This document shows positions 49,228 through 58,638 of a DNA stretch of 64,000 bases, in pieces. The notes beneath the pieces were generated by a model, which had not been told where the DNA came from, ran no database searches, and saw only the letters and a program-made list of their open reading frames with translations. The stretch comes from a virus (taxonomy: Duplodnaviria > Caudoviricetes), in the IMG/VR virus record IMGVR_UViG_2513237213_000006, positions 8,894 through 72,893 of that record. The stretch is one strand, 5' to 3'. A program made the position numbers and the translations under genes. Numbering within the stretch: position 1 is the stretch's first letter; each line of letters opens with the position of its first letter.

Positions 49228-50121
49228 TTGCCATACAACAAATATATCTGTCCTGATGGGCAGACTTGTGATATTGATAAATGCCTGAATGAGTGTCGTA
49301 TTCCTGAAATGTTTGAGGCAGACCGTTGTTTATCTCATCGGACACTTAAAGCGATTTCCGAACAGAGAACATGGAACGGTCACCCCTCGGCTACCCAGTT
49401 ACTGAGCGGCACTCGGGAAGAGTACCTGAAGATAAAGAAAAACTATGCCATTGACCCGCAGTCATCCATCTTTGCTATCTTTGGTACTGGCTGTCATGCG
49501 TTCCTCGAAGGATTCCTCGAGAATGACAAGATGATAGCGGAAAAACGACTGATGGACGCGACAGGGACTTACACAGGCCAGTTCGACTGCTACGATGGAA
49601 AAAGGCAGATTCTCTACGATGTGAAAACCTACGGTAGCTTCAAAACCGCGCATTTGATGGGGTTGGTCAAACATAGGGAGCCGATTTTAGATGAAAATGG
49701 AGTGCAGAAAAAATACAAAAACGGCAGGAAGATGTTTAAAACTTTCTTTACAGTCGGCCGGAGAAGCAATTTTGATGTTGCTGTTCAGCTTAATGCTTAT
49801 CGGATGATGGTTGAGCACGCTGGCTATCCTGTCAAAGATATGCAGGTTGAGGTGTTTACTCGTGACGCTGGGACGTTCGCGGCAAAAGACCGGGGCGTTA
49901 TGACCAACATGCAGCTGGTGCGTATCAACTTTATTTCTGACCGTTGGATTCAGCGGTTTATGCTGACCAAAGCCCACCGACTGATTGAGGCCGTTGAACA
50001 GGATAAGTTGCCCCCTCCGTGCTCGTATCGGGAATGTTGGGGAGGCCGGAAGTGTCAGGATTACTGCGCGGTGTGGAAGTGGTGCGATAAGGGCAGGGAG
50101 ATTCATGGCGAAACGACCTGA
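49228..50121 (+). CDS. Cas4-like PD-(D/E)XK exonuclease
   Basis: 'GTGCHAFLE', 'GQFD...YDVKT', 'VQLNAY', C-terminal Cys cluster. Confidence 0.8.
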   Translation: MPYNKYICPDGQTCDIDKCLNECRIPEMFEADRCLSHRTLKAISEQRTWNGHPSATQLLSGTREEYLKIKKNYAIDPQSSIFAIFGTGCHAFLEGFLENDKMIAEKRLMDATGTYTGQFDCYDGKRQILYDVKTYGSFKTAHLMGLVKHREPILDENGVQKKYKNGRKMFKTFFTVGRRSNFDVAVQLNAYRMMVEHAGYPVKDMQVEVFTRDAGTFAAKDRGVMTNMQLVRINFISDRWIQRFMLTKAHRLIEAVEQDKLPPPCSYRECWGGRKCQDYCAVWKWCDKGREIHGETT

Positions 50122-50635
50122 AACCCTTGAACTGGAAAACGCGTTGATGGCAAAGACGGTCGAGTTTAGGACGTTCGGATGCCCCGAAGTAACCATTGGC
50201 TGGTACGGTAGAAAGCGCGTAGACTTCATGCAAACGAATACGAAGGGTATTATATGGTGCTATGAAATCAAAGTGACTGTAAGCGATTTTCACAGTAAGC
50301 ATGGCCATAATTTTATGGGGCACTATAACTACTACGTTATGACACCTGAACTATACGAACAGGTCAAAGGCGAAATCCCCAGTGAGGTTGGTGTACTGGT
50401 TGGCAAATACCTTGACTGTAAGAAGAAGTCCAAGCGTAAGAAGCTGACCGCAGAACAGGCCGAAATGATGCGGTTGTATCTGACCAGATCAATGGCTCGT
50501 GAAGTCAAAAAGAACTGGAAAAGCCACAATGGGGACATCATCAACGAATATGAGCGGCGAGTCGCATACTGGAAACGCGCATACGAAATCGAGCGAGAAA
50601 GAAACGCCGACAGAATACAATACAGAAGGAGATAA
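50105..50635 (+). CDS. MmcB-like PD-(D/E)XK protein
   Basis: 'EVTI...RVDFM...CYEIKVTVSDF...YYV'. Confidence 0.7.
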   Translation: MAKRPETLELENALMAKTVEFRTFGCPEVTIGWYGRKRVDFMQTNTKGIIWCYEIKVTVSDFHSKHGHNFMGHYNYYVMTPELYEQVKGEIPSEVGVLVGKYLDCKKKSKRKKLTAEQAEMMRLYLTRSMAREVKKNWKSHNGDIINEYERRVAYWKRAYEIERERNADRIQYRRR

Positions 50636-50637
50636 CG

Positions 50638-50838
50638 ATGGAATTTCCCAAAACAGTGATTATAAACATTGACCATCCACAGGGGCTGCCCGACGTGGAG
50701 TGCAGAGGACAGATGGGCACTGCTCTCAGACCAATCGACAACGGCGATTATTGGGAGGTGCGCTTCTATGGCTTTGGTGAGCCTGACAGATATTATGAGG
50801 CGGCATTTCACAAAAACAGCTTGGAGGTGGTAGCGTGA
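50638..50838 (+). CDS. Hypothetical protein
   Basis: AGGAG SD; overlap with the next gene. Confidence 0.6.
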   Translation: MEFPKTVIINIDHPQGLPDVECRGQMGTALRPIDNGDYWEVRFYGFGEPDRYYEAAFHKNSLEVVA

Positions 50839-51530
50839 AAAAAAGATTTGAAAATGGCAATACATACGCAAGCAAACTGTATCAGCTTTTGACAAGTTCC
50901 AGTAAGACAATCAGGGTTTATTCTGTAAAGACGCTCCGAATGTTGCTGGGAGTTCCTGCGGGTTCTTATCAGACAGGAAGTGTGCAGTTGCTTCTGAAGT
51001 CTATTGTCTACGAGCCGGTGGAAACAATCAACCAAAAGACAGCCCTGAAGGTGTGCTATGAAAGCATCAAAGTAAAGGGCGAGGTTGTTGCAGTCAAGTT
51101 TACTGTAAAATACCCCACAGCCAAGGCCGAGCAGCCGCGACAGATGGAGTTTAGTGCAGCACCCAATTCGCATATTGTTCCCACAGTAGACGAAAAAGGG
51201 AAAATGTGTTTTGCGACCGTTTCGGAAAATCCGATTATCAACAAGACAACCACGAAGGAAGAAGTGCCAAAATTCCTTGCTATTGAAGGTAAGCCCTTGA
51301 CTATTGATGATGCAGTTTCTCATCCCAGTCACTATACAGATGGGCGCATCGAGGTTATCGAATTTATACAAGACAAGAAGCTGGACTTCTGCAGAGGCAA
51401 CATTGTTAAGTATGTCAGCAGAGCCGGGAAGAAGGGGGACAAATCGAAGGAGCTGGAGGATCTGAAGAAGGCTCGTCAGTATTGCGATTTCGCTATCAAT
51501 CAGTTGGAGGGCAGAATATGGAATACTTAA
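50835..51530 (+). CDS. Rep_3-like winged-helix domain fused to a DUF3310-like domain
   Basis: N-terminal 'YASKLYQLL...LRMLLGVP...EPVETINQKT.LKVCYE'; C-terminal 'AVSHPSHY...FCRGNIVKYVSRAGKK'. Confidence 0.65.
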   Translation: MKKRFENGNTYASKLYQLLTSSSKTIRVYSVKTLRMLLGVPAGSYQTGSVQLLLKSIVYEPVETINQKTALKVCYESIKVKGEVVAVKFTVKYPTAKAEQPRQMEFSAAPNSHIVPTVDEKGKMCFATVSENPIINKTTTKEEVPKFLAIEGKPLTIDDAVSHPSHYTDGRIEVIEFIQDKKLDFCRGNIVKYVSRAGKKGDKSKELEDLKKARQYCDFAINQLEGRIWNT

Positions 51531-53275
51531 AACTGCAAACTCTTATCGAAAGCAAATTCGGTAAAAGCCAGCATGTGCGTTGTTATATGGAAGGACAGAT
51601 TGGTAAGGTCGTAAAAATCAAACTCGACACAGACGAAGAAAACAAGCGCACCTTCTACTATCTGTTGGAGTTAGACAACGAAGAGCGGAGCTGGTACGCA
51701 GAGAGCGAATTGGAGGGACTTCCGGGGGACAGGGCAATATGATTCATATTTCGATTTATGATGGAAGTCTGAAAACGCCCTTTCGAGAAATCGGAACAAA
51801 TATTAGTAGCACCGCAACGAAGGAAGAAATTGCTTCTGAAGTGATGGGGCTGTTAAAGTCTCACGACAAATTAAGACATGGCGAAACGGCTATGCAGAAA
51901 GCGTATCGCGATGAATAAAATTACAGACTTCTACGGCACGGGACTTAACAGCGAGCATATCTCTTTTGCGAATAGATTTCATATCAGAGGCGTTCACAAA
52001 GAGGGTATGACTGTACGCCAACTTATTCACGAGTTGCAATTACAGAACATGGACAGCAAGGTTATCTGGTATGACAAGGACGGCTGTACTCACAAGGTAA
52101 TTGATGTAGTTCAAGACGGTAAAAGAGTGGTGGCGATATTTTGACGGACATACAATTCTTGGCTGTTTGGTTCGGAGCATGGGCGTTGGGCTATCCCACT
52201 CTTATGTCGCTGTTTACTTGCCAGTGGAGAGATTTTGGCTACATTCTGCTTATTGATTATTTGTATATTTTTATTTGCGGGGTGGTGCTGTTTTGACGCA
52301 GGGCGATTTGTTTTGCTGGGTAGTGACGGTCTGTGCGTGTATTGGCTTAACGGGCTTCACAGGCTGGGCGATAACCTGTTTGGCTTCCGATGTGAAAAAA
52401 CGCATTGAAGAAATGATAAGCGGTAAGAAGGATAGGTGGTAAGGTCAGTGAATGAGTTTGTTAATTTTCTTACAACGACAGACCCAAAACTTGTTATGGA
52501 TTGGGCGATGGCTATATTCATTTCGGTGCTTTCCCTGTTCTTAGTGATTTTAGTGGGTTCGCTGGTGGCAAAAGAGTTCATTGAGATATGGGGGTTAGAC
52601 GAATGACTGTAGATGAACTTATAGCAGAACTACTGGAACAAAACCCCGAAGCAGAAGTGCGTTTCCTGAACTGGGGAAGAACAGAAGGATTTGAACCTAT
52701 GCCAATCGAGGGTGTAGGCAAGGACGATAAAGGAGTTGTTATCTATTGAATCACATCAAACTTAAACCCGAGGACGTATCGCGGGAACCCCCGTGTATCA
52801 GGTGTCATAGACCAGCCTACGAGCATTGCTACTCGGATGCCGGACGGCGGGAAGTGAGTATCAGCGGCCTGTGCGAAGAGTGCTTTGACGAGATTTGCGA
52901 CGCGATGGAGGCTGAAGATTGATGAAAAAATATGTTATTGGGCTGATTTTTGGCCTTATCATGGGGATGGCTGGAGCGGCGTATGCGAGTAGTTACGAGG
53001 TTAATTACTGGACTGACCCCGACACGAAGGTGCAGTATTTGGTCGTGAGAGAATATTGGGACGGAGTAGCCATTGGTATTTGCCCTCGCTATACATCTAA
53101 CGGAAACATCATGTATGTTGGTTCTGAAATTGTAGAAGGAGATTAAGATGGATTTTGGTTTATTTATTTACGGTTTGACGATTGGTGCTGGTCTGTGTAC
53201 TGGCGTTATTGTAGCAGATACGATTTTCTACTGCGGTAAAAAACTCATCGGGAAGTATATCCATATTGGCTGATT
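51518..53275 (+). other. Run of small tightly packed hypothetical ORFs (e.g. 51518-51742, 51739-51918, 51911-52144, 52141-52296, 52919-53146)
   Basis: Overlapping start/stop codons; several are hydrophobic. Confidence 0.55.
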
Positions 53276-53901
53276 GCGTGGTTAAACAGTATTGTTTGAC
53301 TGGCGAAAAACGTGGTGAGTGCAGAAAATGCAAGGAGTACAACAAGTTTGAACGCAAAAAGTCAAAGTCCCGACAGGCAACTGGTAGGGCAAACAAACGG
53401 AAGGGGAAGGAGTCAGAGAAAAAACTGTTACTTCACTTCCAAAGACAGGGACTCGAGAGCCGCATTATTGAGGGTTCGGGAGCGTATAAGAAAAGCAAGG
53501 GAGAAGGGTTTGATTCAGATCTGAGAGTCACCATTCTCGATAAAGAGCGCAAGGTGGAGAATAAGAAGTATGCGTCCAAGGCATCGGCTCTCCATCGGAT
53601 TAGACGGCTCATCGGAGAAACGGACATCCTTTATATCACAGGCTTTTGTTATATCATGGATGAAAATATTTTTTACGATGTGGTCAAGAACAGTGAAAAT
53701 TATAGCGTGGGCGAGGCTGCCAATATTAAAGCCATTCACACCGCAGAGAACACTTACAAAATTCGGGAGGTGTCTGACCGCGACTTTGGCTGGCTTCACA
53801 AGTTCTTTGAACAAGACTATGCCGACATTGTGTCGTTGGATGAGTCATACCGGGATTTCCTGTTCTGCTTACAGACTGGGTTCTTCAAAGAGATTATCTA
53901 A
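53266..53901 (+). CDS. Holliday-junction resolvase-like PD-(D/E)XK protein
   Basis: 'GRANKRKGKESE', 'GSGA...SDL...KVENK'. Confidence 0.55.
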   Translation: MADCVVKQYCLTGEKRGECRKCKEYNKFERKKSKSRQATGRANKRKGKESEKKLLLHFQRQGLESRIIEGSGAYKKSKGEGFDSDLRVTILDKERKVENKKYASKASALHRIRRLIGETDILYITGFCYIMDENIFYDVVKNSENYSVGEAANIKAIHTAENTYKIREVSDRDFGWLHKFFEQDYADIVSLDESYRDFLFCLQTGFFKEII

Positions 53902-53956
53902 CTATACACATATAAACAATACAAATAAAAATAAGAATTTATTTTATATAAAAGTA

Positions 53957-53985
53957 TTGACAACACATATAAAAAGGTGTACTAT
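53957..53985 (+). promoter_or_regulatory. Promoter of the RNA island
   Basis: TTGACA-N17-TACTAT; spacer contains ACACATATAAA. Confidence 0.7.
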
Positions 53986-54238
53986 AATCAAGGATTAAAA
54001 AAAAACAGTTTCTACATTGTTTATATCTTCTAATTTAATCATTGTTACTGTTGTTTTTGATTTCCTCTTTTCACAGCATAGGGTTTACTGCCCTGTGTAC
54101 CGTTCCTGATGGTTTTGAGTCGCTTCTTTCCTTCGGGTTCGGTATAGAGTGCAGTAAGATTTGTCTTTCTTAGGCAGTTGTTGCACCTCCTTATAATTTC
54201 TTTTCACATATACGAGGCCACCAACTGGTGGTTCTCAC

Positions 54239-54313
54239 AGGGGTATAGCCAAGTGGTTAAGGCATCGGACTTTGACTCCGACATCGGTGGTTCAACTCCA
54301 CCTGCCCCTGCCA
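54239..54313 (+). tRNA. trnQ: tRNA-Gln(TTG)
   Basis: Full cloverleaf; TCGGA-CTTTGAC-TCCGA arm; encoded CCA. Confidence 0.93.
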
Positions 54314-54360
54314 ATATGCACTCCAGCGGGTTAACGCCTGTCTTGCGGGTGCTCCAAATC

Positions 54361-54527
54361 ACCGTATTAGTTCAAAGGTAGAACAGTGTTTTTCCGTATT
54401 ATGTACTACGGCTTTTTCGATAACGTCGTTGATACGTCCGTCAACCATAGTCATCTTGTTTTCCGCATAGCCACGGTATAAAGCAAAGAAAAAACGCAAG
54501 CACGGGGTTCGATTCCCCGATACGGTG
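54361..54527 (+). ncRNA. tRNA-like RNA with a ~95-nt insert at the anticodon loop
   Basis: Acceptor ACCGTAT/ATACGGT, D-arm GTTC/GAAC, stem GTGTT/AACGC, T-arm CGGGG-TTCGATT-CCCCG; no CCA. Confidence 0.75.
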
Positions 54528-54533
54528 CTCCTT

Positions 54534-54617
54534 GGGCGAGTAGCGAAGTGGTTAAACGCAGCAGACTGTAAATCTGCTCCTTCGGGTTCGGTGGTTCAAA
54601 TCCACCCTCTCCCACCA
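54534..54617 (+). tRNA. trnY: tRNA-Tyr(GTA)
   Basis: Cloverleaf; GCAGA-CTGTAAA-TCTGC arm, long variable arm, CCA. Confidence 0.92.
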
Positions 54618-54619
54618 TA

Positions 54620-55165
54620 TCATCAGAGTGCGACTCCTTTCAAATCCCTTTGGATATGTCTGATGTGTCTGCGCTGCATTAGATAATTCTTTCTTCATCC
54701 CCTATGAAGTTTCTTATCAGCACTCTGGCCAGAATGAATTACATACCGACAGTGCCGTGTTAACCAATGGTTTACTGATGTCGTAACAACTGTTGGAATG
54801 TATTCAGATAGACTAGAGCCTGTCAACAATTTGGTGAAGAACTCTTACATACTACAATGAGTTGGCATGGTTCAAATCAAAAAAATGGAATATCTGTAGT
54901 CGCATGAACAACCCGTCAGGGGTGCGTGGTGAATGTTGCAGATGTTCCGAAGTCTAGCTAGACAAAACTACCTAACTTATTTACGGCTATCTCCAACCGG
55001 CAGACCTCTTTGGATGAGTTGAGGCGAGGCAAATCGAGAGTCCTGAACATGACATAACTGTTCCGACAAGGGCCAGTCGTTAAAAACCAGCGGGGAGACC
55101 AACCAATACTCTCCCTGCTTATCATGGGCTGGACGAGGCGAAAGTCTTTGACGGCTCTTTTTTTA
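54620..55165 (+). ncRNA. Large structured RNA, probably ROOL-like
   Basis: About 550 nt with no ORF, after tRNAs; many stems and a GTCTAGCTAGAC palindrome; family assignment from memory of motifs, not searched. Confidence 0.6.
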
Positions 55166-55191
55166 TAATTTGCTGACAGGAGGTTTTTCTT

Positions 55192-55413
55192 TTGGAATCA
55201 GTCACCCTGAAAGGTTGTAAGGTTCATTATGACCCAAAGAACATCAGCAAAGAAGCGGCACTCGAACAGGCAAATAGCCGAATCGAAGAATTAAGAAAGA
55301 CAGGAGCGAAGCTGAAAAGTTTCACAGCATTCACCCCGCACAAGGGTGAGGAATGGTACGAGCAACTCCGCAAAGTCAGAAAGGAATTGAGCAATGGAAA
55401 AATTCGCAGCTGA
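55192..55413 (+). CDS. Hypothetical protein
   Basis: AGGAGG SD and TTG start. Confidence 0.6.
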   Translation: MESVTLKGCKVHYDPKNISKEAALEQANSRIEELRKTGAKLKSFTAFTPHKGEEWYEQLRKVRKELSNGKIRS

Positions 55414-56017
55414 AAACATTATGCACCTTCTGATGGAGGCTACTCAGCGTAGCATCAAAAAAACCATCAATGAAGCAGCCAGGGCTGGACTGCCGAAAGG
55501 GCAGGTGGAGCGGCTGGCTCAACTCGAAATGGCGGAACACAGGGGACTTATCGACGAAATGCACGAATTGGTCAAGAACCCGCGTGGCTTTGAGGTGGCA
55601 CACGGCTTTGAAGATAAGGGCGTGAAGCTGCCGAAAAGGGCGACCATCCTGTCAGCTGGCTATGATTTCAGAGCATTGTCCGATGTGACGATTGAACCTC
55701 ACAAAACAGCCAAGGTAGAAACAGGCGTAAAGGCTTATATGATGGGCGACGAGGCACTTATGCTTTATCCACGTTCCAGCATGGGCATTAAGCGCGGGAT
55801 CAACCTTGCAAACGGCGTAGCGGTAATCGATGCCGACTATTACAACAACAAGGACAACGATGGCCATATCATCATTTGTCTTTATAATATGACGGACAAC
55901 CCACAGGTCATCAAGGCCGGGGAGCGTATCGCGCAGGGCGTTTTCACGAAATACCACACTGCAGGGGACATTCCTTGCAATATCAGAACAGGTGGCACAG
56001 GGAGCACCGACGCGTGA
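55394..56017 (+). CDS. dut: dUTPase with N-terminal extension
   Basis: 'SAGYDF', 'PRSSMG', 'VIDADY', 'GERIAQ', 'RTGGTGST'. Confidence 0.93.
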   Translation: MEKFAAENIMHLLMEATQRSIKKTINEAARAGLPKGQVERLAQLEMAEHRGLIDEMHELVKNPRGFEVAHGFEDKGVKLPKRATILSAGYDFRALSDVTIEPHKTAKVETGVKAYMMGDEALMLYPRSSMGIKRGINLANGVAVIDADYYNNKDNDGHIIICLYNMTDNPQVIKAGERIAQGVFTKYHTAGDIPCNIRTGGTGSTDA

Positions 56018-56313
56018 ACCTGAAACCTGTCCACGACCGCATAAGACAGCTACGGCTCGGGCTGATGTTACACAGCTATATCTATTACAAGCTGGGCAAG
56101 TCCATCATATCCGACGCAAAGTGGGATGACAGGGCAAGAGAGCTGGTCAGACTGCAGAAGAAATTTCCATCTGTGGCCAAGAAGGTGCGGTTCGCAAAAT
56201 TGTATCAGGATTTTGACGGCAGTACAGGTTTTCATCTAGCCGGGGAAGTTGATGCTGCCATGATACGCAAAGCACATTTTTTATTAGCAATAGAAAAGGA
56301 GTTTTCCAAATGA
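56014..56313 (+). CDS. Stand-alone LigA subdomain Ia-like protein
   Basis: 'LHSYIYY...IISDAKWD...ELVRLQ' matches the N-terminus of NAD+-dependent ligases. Confidence 0.7.
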   Translation: MNLKPVHDRIRQLRLGLMLHSYIYYKLGKSIISDAKWDDRARELVRLQKKFPSVAKKVRFAKLYQDFDGSTGFHLAGEVDAAMIRKAHFLLAIEKEFSK

Positions 56314-56624
56314 ATAAACAGGAATTTTTTGGTCGTGTAGTCGCAGACCCGCAGTTGAAAGTGGTCGGTGGGGATAAGCAGGTGTGCTCTTTCCGATTGG
56401 CAATCAACGGTCGCACTAAAAATGATCCGCCTATTTTCATCAACTGTGAAGCATGGGGCAAACCTGCAGAGGTTATCGCTCGTTACTGCCCGAAAGGCTA
56501 CCCGCTGGGGGTTGTTACGCGCATGAAACAACACACTTATGAGAAGAACGGCGTGAATATCACGGTGGACGACTTTGTGGTCGAGGATTTTGACCTGCTG
56601 GGGAGCAAACAGAATGAGCAATAA
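56310..56624 (+). CDS. ssb: Single-stranded DNA-binding protein (short)
   Basis: 'GRVVADP', 'FRLAIN', 'FINCEAWGK.AE'. Confidence 0.85.
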   Translation: MNKQEFFGRVVADPQLKVVGGDKQVCSFRLAINGRTKNDPPIFINCEAWGKPAEVIARYCPKGYPLGVVTRMKQHTYEKNGVNITVDDFVVEDFDLLGSKQNEQ

Positions 56625-57231
56625 TTTCGCATCGGACAATATCAAGATTTTCAATGTGCAGGTCTATGGCATCCGTGAGGCTCTTATCCGCGCTGGCTAT
56701 CCCATGAAGGACGTTGTAAACATGGACATGAGTCTTGACCTTCGCACGGTTGAAGATATGCTGAGGCTGGGCAATACGCTGGGCAGCAGTCCTATCGGGC
56801 ACGGCGATGACAAGTTTCTGCGTCAGATCATGGTGTCGTTTGATGTGCTGGCTCCGCGCTATTGGTGGCAGCAGTTTGCGACGTATCATCATACTGTGAT
56901 GAATAGTCAGAGCACGATGCACAAAGGCAAGGCTCTCGATTACGACCTGATGGCGAATAAGCACGTTGATCCGGTCATTCTCGGACGCTTCAAAGAACTG
57001 GTAAAAGAGTATCAGGACAACCCATCGGAAAAGACACTGATGGCCGTTAAGTCGAACCTCCCTGAAGGTATTCGGCTGGCTGCTGGTATCAGTACGAACT
57101 ATGCACAGCTGAAAACCATCTATTATCAGCGCAAGCATCATAGACTGCCGGAGTGGAGAGATTTCTGCGAATGGATTAAAGAGTTGCCGTATGCCAAGGT
57201 GCTGGGAGTTACTAGACAGGTGGATAAATAG
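56614..57231 (+). CDS. ThyX-like (FAD-dependent thymidylate synthase fold) protein
   Basis: 'GHGDDKFLR', 'APRYWWQQF', 'LPEG', 'QRKHHRLPEW'; signature motif degenerate. Confidence 0.7.
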   Translation: MSNNFASDNIKIFNVQVYGIREALIRAGYPMKDVVNMDMSLDLRTVEDMLRLGNTLGSSPIGHGDDKFLRQIMVSFDVLAPRYWWQQFATYHHTVMNSQSTMHKGKALDYDLMANKHVDPVILGRFKELVKEYQDNPSEKTLMAVKSNLPEGIRLAAGISTNYAQLKTIYYQRKHHRLPEWRDFCEWIKELPYAKVLGVTRQVDK

Positions 57232-57233
57232 GC

Positions 57234-58085
57234 GTGACTTTTCATAAAAGCCCGCTGAACTATATCGGGAATAAGTATAAGCTGTTACCGCAACTTGTAC
57301 CTCTGTTCCCGCAAGATATAGGGACGGCGGTTGACCTGTTCGCCGGTGGGTGTGATGTTATCACGAACATTGACGCGAAGTATAAGGTCGCGAATGATAG
57401 GAACGACAAACTTATTGAACTGGTGCGCTGGATAAAGGAAACGCCGACTGACGCATTGGTCGATTGGATGGATAGTACGATTGAGCTTTATGGTCTGTCC
57501 AAGACAAATCAGGAGGCTTATTACCAGCTCCGCGCTGACTATAACGAGAGAAACAATACGGCTCCGATGCTTTTTGCCTGTATCTGCTACTGCTTCAACA
57601 ATCAGATGAGGTTCAACAAGCAGGGCAAATTCAATTCGGCATTTGGGAAAAACAGGTCATCGTTCAACGAGGCTATTCGGGGACGCTTACAACAGTTCCA
57701 CGATAACCTGCAGGACGTTGCTTTGGGTTCGTCTGATTTCCGGCTGGCTTACGCATGGTATGAGCTGGGCGAGGGCGATTTCGTCTATTGCGACCCGCCG
57801 TATCTGATTTCTGAGGCTTATTACAACGAGTCAAAGAAGGGCTGGAATGGCTGGAACGAGCAGGATGATTCGGATCTGGTTGAACTGCTGGACAAGCTGG
57901 AGGCGCAAGGCGTGAAGTTTGGTATGTCCAATCTTATGCGTCACAAGGGCAAGACCAACGAAGGTCTGCTGGCGTGGAGCAAGAAGTACAAGACATACTA
58001 TCTCGATAAGTCCTATAAGAACTGCGTGTACTGCTGGAAACCATCTGACGAGCCGACACAAGAGGTCTATATCACAAACATTTGA
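57234..58085 (+). CDS. dam: Dam-like N6-adenine DNA methyltransferase
   Basis: 'YIGNKYKL', 'DLFAGG', 'VYCDPPY'. Confidence 0.88.
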   Translation: MTFHKSPLNYIGNKYKLLPQLVPLFPQDIGTAVDLFAGGCDVITNIDAKYKVANDRNDKLIELVRWIKETPTDALVDWMDSTIELYGLSKTNQEAYYQLRADYNERNNTAPMLFACICYCFNNQMRFNKQGKFNSAFGKNRSSFNEAIRGRLQQFHDNLQDVALGSSDFRLAYAWYELGEGDFVYCDPPYLISEAYYNESKKGWNGWNEQDDSDLVELLDKLEAQGVKFGMSNLMRHKGKTNEGLLAWSKKYKTYYLDKSYKNCVYCWKPSDEPTQEVYITNI

Positions 58086-58099
58086 TAGAGAGGTATCGC

Positions 58100-58354
58100 A
58101 TGAACGAGTTAGCACTGATTGCCCATTCACTGGTCGCACAGGGGAACTATAAAGGCGCGGTGATTGCCGCACAGCATAAAGAGGACGTACTGCTGGAGGG
58201 GGCAGGGACTCTGCAGCTAGGCAGATTAGTAGTCACCCTTCTCGCCGCGTATATGCGGGAAATGCCCGAAGAAAAGCGCGACATGATGGGAAATTATGTC
58301 TGCAAGAAAGCAAAGGAATTGGCTAAAAATGCACCTGCACCGACCGAAGCGTAA
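58100..58354 (+). CDS. Hypothetical protein
   Basis: GAGG SD. Confidence 0.55.
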   Translation: MNELALIAHSLVAQGNYKGAVIAAQHKEDVLLEGAGTLQLGRLVVTLLAAYMREMPEEKRDMMGNYVCKKAKELAKNAPAPTEA

Positions 58355-58574
58355 CCGCAAGGCTACTCGCGTGTTGTGTTGTGGATGTGGCACCATCATC
58401 AGAACCCATGACAACCAGATCAGGAAGTGCAAGTGCGGGGATATTACGGTATTCCAGTACAGGCGAGGCTTCTACGATGTGGCATATCGGAATAATGCTC
58501 GTTATGAGATACTCAGCGATAATAGGCACGGTGGCCGGGTTGGATGGCTGAAAGATATAAAAGCGGGGGTATGA
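58296..58574 (+). CDS. Zn-binding small protein
   Basis: 'CCGCG...CKCG' motif; true start uncertain. Confidence 0.5.
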   Translation: MSARKQRNWLKMHLHRPKRNRKATRVLCCGCGTIIRTHDNQIRKCKCGDITVFQYRRGFYDVAYRNNARYEILSDNRHGGRVGWLKDIKAGV

Positions 58575-58638
58575 TGATGTCTGTTATAAATCGTAAACCT
58601 GTGTGGTTTGAGAATTTGAAAAAACTCGGTGTCATTAT

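Noticed and set aside
49228-50121. Cas4 as part of a CRISPR-Cas locus
   Set aside because: It sits in the replication operon with no other cas genes; phage Cas4-like exonucleases are common
54361-54527. Canonical tmRNA or intact group I intron
   Set aside because: No G3-U70 or GGGG acceptor, too short for tmRNA, and 95 nt is too short for a group I core; kept only as a tRNA-like RNA
54239-54617. tRNAs as a host attachment site
   Set aside because: They are internal to a phage operon with a phage promoter; no integrase or duplicated 3' end
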